A program made the position numbers and the translations under genes. A stretch of DNA of 44,490 nt from an uncultured archaeon (GTDB lineage: Archaea; Nanobdellota; Nanobdellia; Pacearchaeales; GW2011-AR1). The DNA is taken from positions 1-44,490 of the forward strand of contig CAIQQL010000116.1 in assembly GCA_903873955.1 (NCBI GenBank), given 5' to 3'. The notes beneath the pieces are model-generated. The model did no database searches. It worked only from the letters and a program-made list of their open reading frames with translations, and was not told the origin of the DNA. Each line of letters begins with the position of its first letter. Within the stretch, counting starts at the first letter, position 1. Positions 25,900-31,099 of the stretch are shown here, piece by piece.

Positions 25900-27343
25900 G
25901 CTGCACCCCTCTGTCACGGTTGATCTTCACCCAGGCAGCAACGGAAGAGATCTTTCTTCTTTCCACTTCCCCATTAAAAAGCATGGCAATATCCTCAATT
26001 GTTGCCCCGCCCGCACGAAGCTCACGGATGACTTGTTTTTCGTCTTCTTGCAAATCCCGTTTTTTTCCAGCGAGAGGCATGGATTGGCCTGAAGTGCCCT
26101 CCAAAGGCAAAGGTCCCCCTTGGACAACCTCCAGATAGATCTTTTCTGATGCACTTGACCCTAGAAATATCCTTTTTTGCTGCTTCCCCAACTCATGGAC
26201 TTTCGTCTTTTTTTCAAAAAGGTTCAACCCCTGCTCCTTCACTTCTGCACGCAGCCTGTCACGAGACTCTTTCCGGTTTACCTCTGGCAGCACATAAATC
26301 GCAGTTTCATGCTTCCTCACCAGGAAGGAGCTTTCAAGCCTTTGTACAATACGAGCATGATTGTCAAGATAGAAGATGTCAAATAACATCGGCGTCCCGC
26401 TGTTGCTTACGTAACCGTACGATTCCAGGGACTCGACAAGATACGGCTTTTGATGGGCTATTAAAAATGCAGAAGCCAAGGGGAAGTCAAGACCTGCGTT
26501 GATCAGCGCTTCCCAGCGGGAAATATCTTCATTGATCCTAAACATCCTATGACGCATGACGTTCTCTTCCCTGTTCCTGGTAAACTTGATAGAGATGCAG
26601 GCTTTGTCCCTTTCATCACCAACTCTGGAAACCACATCAAGAAAATGCGCAGAGGACTCATCAAACCCGCCAAAACAGTCATAGAACTCCCTGCCCAGAT
26701 TTGCCCGACCCAGAGTGAAGGTGCCTGTAAGGATAGACCGTAAAACCTGTTCGCGGTCTTCTCTTAAATCGAACGATTGATTGAGCTGCGCAACTCTTGT
26801 CAGGGCAGGCTCATAATTCGTCAAGAGTTCCTGTAAAGACACTCCTCCTTTTACCATTGCACTATTGCATTGCAGCAGATCCTGCGCATCCTCATTTTCT
26901 CTTCGGGCCATGAAATTTGTCGCAATAATCCCTCGATTATCCAATAAGCCATCACTTGCGATAAGCTCCAACGCATAATGGCGCTCGGGAGAGAAGTAGG
27001 ATGTGTAGTCCAGATTAAAGACCGTCCACTTTCGTCCCTTTGACCGTGCAGTCTTCAAGACCTCCAGGTCTTTGGCGTGGATCAGCTCTATCCCTAAACC
27101 TGCAGCACACAGGCGATCATACTTTTCACGGTCCAGCTCCACTCCAGTGATATTTTCCCGAGGTATTCCTAAAGCATCGTAATATGCAAGTTCCAGTGCA
27201 ACTTCGCCATCCTTTTGGGCTCCGGGAAAACAAAATATCCGCACATCCTTCGGCTTTCGATAGGAGAGAATGTAATCTCTAATCCCGTTCTGCAGTTTTA
27301 CTCGGGTGATATCCTTTACTGTGTCATTATAACTTTTATCCAT
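25892..27343 (-). CDS. Paralogue C: methyltransferase-like N-domain + degenerate C-terminal HTH-like module
   Basis: ATG at 27343 ('MDKSYNDT'). Motifs 'VRIFCFPGA', 'GVELDRE', 'WTVFNLDY', 'YVSNSGTPMLFDI' and the terminal 'IEDIAMLFNGEVERRKISSVAAWVKINRDRG'. Confidence 0.7.
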   Translation of the reverse strand: MDKSYNDTVKDITRVKLQNGIRDYILSYRKPKDVRIFCFPGAQKDGEVALELAYYDALGIPRENITGVELDREKYDRLCAAGLGIELIHAKDLEVLKTARSKGRKWTVFNLDYTSYFSPERHYALELIASDGLLDNRGIIATNFMARRENEDAQDLLQCNSAMVKGGVSLQELLTNYEPALTRVAQLNQSFDLREDREQVLRSILTGTFTLGRANLGREFYDCFGGFDESSAHFLDVVSRVGDERDKACISIKFTRNREENVMRHRMFRINEDISRWEALINAGLDFPLASAFLIAHQKPYLVESLESYGYVSNSGTPMLFDIFYLDNHARIVQRLESSFLVRKHETAIYVLPEVNRKESRDRLRAEVKEQGLNLFEKKTKVHELGKQQKRIFLGSSASEKIYLEVVQGGPLPLEGTSGQSMPLAGKKRDLQEDEKQVIRELRAGGATIEDIAMLFNGEVERRKISSVAAWVKINRDRGVQHV

Positions 27344-28751
27344 GTTCTTCCCTCCGTCGATATGTCCCCATTGTCTGATGTGCCTTGAATGCTGCCAATT
27401 GCATCTTGGTAAACCCAGTATAACACTGTGCAATCTCTGCAGGAGTGAATCCTGAACTAAGCAGGTCAAGTACCTGGGCCTTGGAGAGTGTCTCCTTATT
27501 TCCAGATCCGGGCTGAGGAGATAAACCTGAAAGAGTATGATCTGCCGGGGAACCTAGGACCTTATTTTCTCCATAGGCCGAACCGAGATTCTCACGTGGC
27601 GCAAGGCTATTCCCGAAACATCTGTAACGGCAATTACAAAAGTCAGAAATAAGCCCAATGGCCTCTTTTTCAAGAGAGGGATGATACTTGCTTACTTTCC
27701 AGTCCAAGTTCTGAGGATCGATGGAAAGGCGGAAGGTCCTGGAAAGGTCCAGATGCTTGACATAGTTGATATCGACCAGCATAGCCGAACCCTTGTCCCC
27801 TATATAGCGAAGCCTTCTCTGATCAGCAACAAAATAGGACTGCAGGGGAGTGTAATAGAGCAACTCTGCTGCCAGCGTCAAGGTCTGCAGGCTGACATTG
27901 CCCTCTGGAAAAAGGTCGACATTTATGGCTTCACGTAATTTATCCTTCAGAAAAGGCATGGCATAAAAAGTATCGATTGTCTCCTGACGGGAAGGAAGTC
28001 CTCCACTGCCCAATTGATAATTGTCCTTTGCCCCTCCGATAATATCCTGTCCAACAAAATACGTGCGTGCAATCTTTGCAGTCTCATTACCAGGAGCCCT
28101 TCTGAGCTGCTCATCTTGCCACACCAGGAAAGCATCAAGAAGATCGCGGTCTTTCAAAAAATAAGGATGAATCTGCCGGTTGTGAATTCCATCAATCAAG
28201 ATTGAGCAGATATTGCGGGAAAGCAAATTTGAACGGTCCTTGATCGTACCCGCGCCTCCCTCTTCCTCCTCGCAGAAATCCCTATGTGCCGCCTCAAACC
28301 AGGACTTGGCATACCCGCTTTCCCTCATTCCCAAGTACCAGGTGGCCAATATCCCTTTCTCACCCAACAGCTGTCTTCCCGCAATTGTTCGCAATGCATT
28401 GCGCTGTTCAAACCCAAACGGAGCAAAGCCATCAATGTTGATGATGTCAAAAGTCTCGGAAGTGGTCTCAAGAAATTCATCAATAGAAACAGGCTTTGGA
28501 GGAAGCCGTACTCCCCAGCCCTGGGACTGTATTCGCCCATAGGTTTGAGGGTCATTTTCCAGACAGAGAATATTACCGCGGGGAACCCCCAGACGATCCC
28601 ATACCTGCTCAAGCTCCAGGGATTGATGCCCGAGAAGCGTCAAGACACGTAGGCCTTTTCTTTGCGAAGGCTTAGGATAGAGATTGGTCGTAAATCCTGC
28701 CAGGATCCCTCTTGCCAATGTTTTCGTGCTATAATTATAGGTCTCTTTCAT
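27336..28751 (-). CDS. Paralogue D: methyltransferase-like N-domain + C-terminal HTH-like module
   Basis: ATG at 28751 ('MKETYNYS'). Motifs 'LRVLTLLGH', 'CLENDPQ', 'FDIINIDGFAPFG' (reminiscent of Trm1 'IDLDPFGSP'), 'YIGDKGSAMLVDI' and the terminal 'TKMQLAAFKAHQTMGTYRR'. Confidence 0.7.
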   Translation of the reverse strand: MKETYNYSTKTLARGILAGFTTNLYPKPSQRKGLRVLTLLGHQSLELEQVWDRLGVPRGNILCLENDPQTYGRIQSQGWGVRLPPKPVSIDEFLETTSETFDIINIDGFAPFGFEQRNALRTIAGRQLLGEKGILATWYLGMRESGYAKSWFEAAHRDFCEEEEGGAGTIKDRSNLLSRNICSILIDGIHNRQIHPYFLKDRDLLDAFLVWQDEQLRRAPGNETAKIARTYFVGQDIIGGAKDNYQLGSGGLPSRQETIDTFYAMPFLKDKLREAINVDLFPEGNVSLQTLTLAAELLYYTPLQSYFVADQRRLRYIGDKGSAMLVDINYVKHLDLSRTFRLSIDPQNLDWKVSKYHPSLEKEAIGLISDFCNCRYRCFGNSLAPRENLGSAYGENKVLGSPADHTLSGLSPQPGSGNKETLSKAQVLDLLSSGFTPAEIAQCYTGFTKMQLAAFKAHQTMGTYRRREEHG

Positions 28752-28942
28752 CGCGCCTTCTTCTCCTCCTCTATAAATATTAAACGATCTTTTGCCTTGA
28801 GCGGGCTAATCCTGCATAAGTTGAGCACTTCTAGCATCTTCTGCAAAATCTCATCATAGGTCTCCCGGCTATGTGTCCGCAGGTGTTCCAGCCTTTCCTT
28901 GGTATCCAAAGAGAGCTTTATCGTCGTTATCTTAGAGTCCAT
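28748..28942 (-). CDS. Ribbon-helix-helix (CopG/VapB-antitoxin-like) small DNA-binding protein, first gene of the paralogue operon
   Basis: 'TTIKLSLDTKERLEHLRTHSRETYDEILQKMLE' fits the beta-strand/helix/helix pattern of archaeal RHH proteins. Its stop overlaps the start of paralogue D (ATGA). Confidence 0.6.
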   Translation of the reverse strand: MDSKITTIKLSLDTKERLEHLRTHSRETYDEILQKMLEVLNLCRISPLKAKDRLIFIEEEKKAR

Positions 28943-28945
28943 ATT

Positions 28946-28970
28946 GGTATACCGCGGTATACCTTTATAA
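28946..28970 (-). promoter_or_regulatory. Perfect 18-bp palindrome (candidate operator) between the TATA box and the RHH start
   Basis: GGTATACCGCGGTATACC at 28946..28963. The minus-strand 'ttataaa' at 28964..28970 lies immediately upstream, and the ATG at 28942 is 3 nt downstream of the palindrome. Confidence 0.5.
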
Positions 28971-29065
28971 TCTTTTTGCTACTTTCTAATAGTATCTTTT
29001 TTGTTGTTACCACAAAGTTTATAAATAACCGATTTCTTGGTAAATTAACTAAATTTACTACGAAC

Positions 29066-30322
29066 ATGAAAACCAATAAAATTTTGGCTTCGCTTGTTGC
29101 AATGTTTGCTCTTGCGGTACTCACCTTGAGTATGGCAAGTGCAGGACTCGGAACACAGCCAGTATCGGGTAATGGTGTAGTAATTACTTCTGTGGAGTCA
29201 GGTCAAATCGATCTCTACAACAGTAATTATAGACTTTCTAGCTTTGCTGGAAACACTATCCCGGTTACTATAACGCTGCAATCCGATATAAACGCGAGCA
29301 ATGTCAGAATTAAGACCTGGTTAGCTGGTTCGAGCGGTCTTTCTACCTCTTCAAACAGGTTCAACCTGCTTATCGGTAGCGCCTACACGACGCAAGTCAG
29401 TGTAAACATGCCTTCTGACATCGACCCTTCTGAGCAAATTGAGCTCGAGGTTGTTGTTGAAAGCGAAAATGGCGGTATCTTAGCTGAGCAGAGATTACCT
29501 ATTTCCGTCCAAAGAGATGCATATGCTATGCAGATCCTTGACGCAATTATGGACAGTTCAGTCAAAGCAGGAGATAATCTTGCTGTTGATGTTGTCCTGA
29601 AGAATCGAGGTATGGAATTTGCTCAAGACACTTTTGTGACGGTTAAAATACCTGCACTCAATGTCGTGCAAAAAGCATATCTTGGAGACCTCTCACCTGT
29701 TGACCAAGCCGACCCAAATTACCAGGACGCAGTTGAGGGAAGGGCAGTTATTAACTTACCTTCTGATGCCAAGCCCGGCGTTTATAACGTCGAGATTGAA
29801 GCAGACACCTATAACGGCGATTCCACGGCGACCATCACCAAACGATTGATGGTTGTGGGTGCGAGTGCGGACTCATTGGCTGTTTCACCTGCCACCAGCA
29901 TGACTTTTGCTGCGGGCGATAGTGGAGCATACAGTATGACCCTCGTTAATTCTGGAAGCAAGGTACAATTGTACTATGTCTCTATCGATGCCCCACAAGG
30001 ACTTTCGGTAAAAGCAGACAATAGTATTATTGCGATCCCTGCTGGCTCAAGTAAGACTGTCCAGTTAACAGCTACTTCCGAAAAGGAAGGCAGCTATGAC
30101 TTTTCAGTCACTATCCAAGCAAACGGCGACATTGTAAAGAAACAAGACTTCACTGCAAAAGTTGAAGGCACAAAGACGAACAACACGTTCGGCAGTGGTA
30201 GCACGACAGTTTTACTGACCGTTATCCTTGCCATAGTCTTCGTTGTCCTTCTTGTTGTATTGATTGTATTGTTAACAAGAAAGCCTGAGAAGAGCCGAGA
30301 ATTCGGAGAAAGCTACTACTAA
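29066..30322 (+). CDS. Cell-surface (S-layer/CARDB-like) protein with signal peptide and C-terminal TM anchor
   Basis: ATG at 29066 gives 'MKTNKILASLVAMFALAVLTLSMASA'. Repeated beta-rich modules such as 'VKAGDNLAVDVVLKNRG' are present, and there is a C-terminal anchor 'VLLTVILAIVFVVLLVVLIVLLTRK'. The TATA-like 'tttataaata' is about 40 nt upstream. Confidence 0.7.
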   Translation: MKTNKILASLVAMFALAVLTLSMASAGLGTQPVSGNGVVITSVESGQIDLYNSNYRLSSFAGNTIPVTITLQSDINASNVRIKTWLAGSSGLSTSSNRFNLLIGSAYTTQVSVNMPSDIDPSEQIELEVVVESENGGILAEQRLPISVQRDAYAMQILDAIMDSSVKAGDNLAVDVVLKNRGMEFAQDTFVTVKIPALNVVQKAYLGDLSPVDQADPNYQDAVEGRAVINLPSDAKPGVYNVEIEADTYNGDSTATITKRLMVVGASADSLAVSPATSMTFAAGDSGAYSMTLVNSGSKVQLYYVSIDAPQGLSVKADNSIIAIPAGSSKTVQLTATSEKEGSYDFSVTIQANGDIVKKQDFTAKVEGTKTNNTFGSGSTTVLLTVILAIVFVVLLVVLIVLLTRKPEKSREFGESYY

Positions 30323-30421
30323 AGAAACTATTTTCTTTCTTTTTTTTCTCCTTTATAGTAGCCCGAATTCAAATCAAGTATATAGACAATAGCAAAAGGA
30401 GGGTACTCCTCCCTCATCCCT

Positions 30422-31060
30422 ATGGAGACATCGAGTATTCCCCGTAAAAAAATTGCCATCGATATCGATGATGTGCTAGGTGACTGTGTTGGCGGTCTTA
30501 TCAAATACTGCCAAGACATCCATAACAGGACCCTTGCGCGTTCTGCATTCGTTTCTTATCACTTTGAAAGAGTCTTAGGAGGCCCTAAGGAAGCTGCTTT
30601 AGAGGTATTGCGGGATTATACTAACTCCTCCCATTTTGCCCATATAGAGCCCCTTCCAGGAGCTAAGGAAGGTGTTGCAGACTTACAAAGAACGTTTGCA
30701 TTATACTGCCTCACTTCTCGCAGGCAAGGCGATCCTCACAAACAGATAACCTTAGACTGGCTGGCAAGGCATTTTCCTGATTCTTTTTGTGAGGTCTGTT
30801 TTGGTTATAATGAATACACGCAGACCGGACCCACGCTTACCAAGGCGCAAATCTGTGCACAGAAAGGCATAGATTGGATAGTTGAGGACTCCCTAGAGAA
30901 TGCCCTCAGATTCACTGCTGAGTCTGCCACAAGCATCATCCTCATTGATGCGCCCTGGAACCAATCCTCTGAACGTTACGACCATATCCAAAGAGTGAAG
31001 GACTGGCTAGAGGTAGTAAGAACTATCCGGACCCTGGAAAATAGGCTCCCTGCAAGCTAG
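30422..31060 (+). CDS. HAD-superfamily hydrolase, 5'(3')-deoxyribonucleotidase (NT5C)-like
   Basis: N-terminal 'IAIDIDDVLG' (DxDxV nucleophile motif). The size and layout fit NT5C-type HAD phosphatases. Confidence 0.55.
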   Translation: METSSIPRKKIAIDIDDVLGDCVGGLIKYCQDIHNRTLARSAFVSYHFERVLGGPKEAALEVLRDYTNSSHFAHIEPLPGAKEGVADLQRTFALYCLTSRRQGDPHKQITLDWLARHFPDSFCEVCFGYNEYTQTGPTLTKAQICAQKGIDWIVEDSLENALRFTAESATSIILIDAPWNQSSERYDHIQRVKDWLEVVRTIRTLENRLPAS

Positions 31061-31099
31061 GAATCCTTAAATATGCGCTGCGCCTGGCTTATCTAACTT

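Noticed and set aside
14905-29000. The island as an integrated virus, plasmid or transposon.
   Set aside because: I recognised no integrase, transposase, capsid, terminase or replication-initiator gene. There is no flanking tRNA, and I found no direct repeats at the borders by eye. Compositional deviation cannot be judged reliably without computation.
28871-29065. The 65-codon N-terminal extension of the surface-protein ORF (track start 28871), which overlaps the RHH gene and its promoter.
   Set aside because: The ATG at 29066 yields a canonical signal peptide and lies ~40 nt downstream of a TATA-like 'tttataaata'. The extension runs through the divergent promoter and palindrome.
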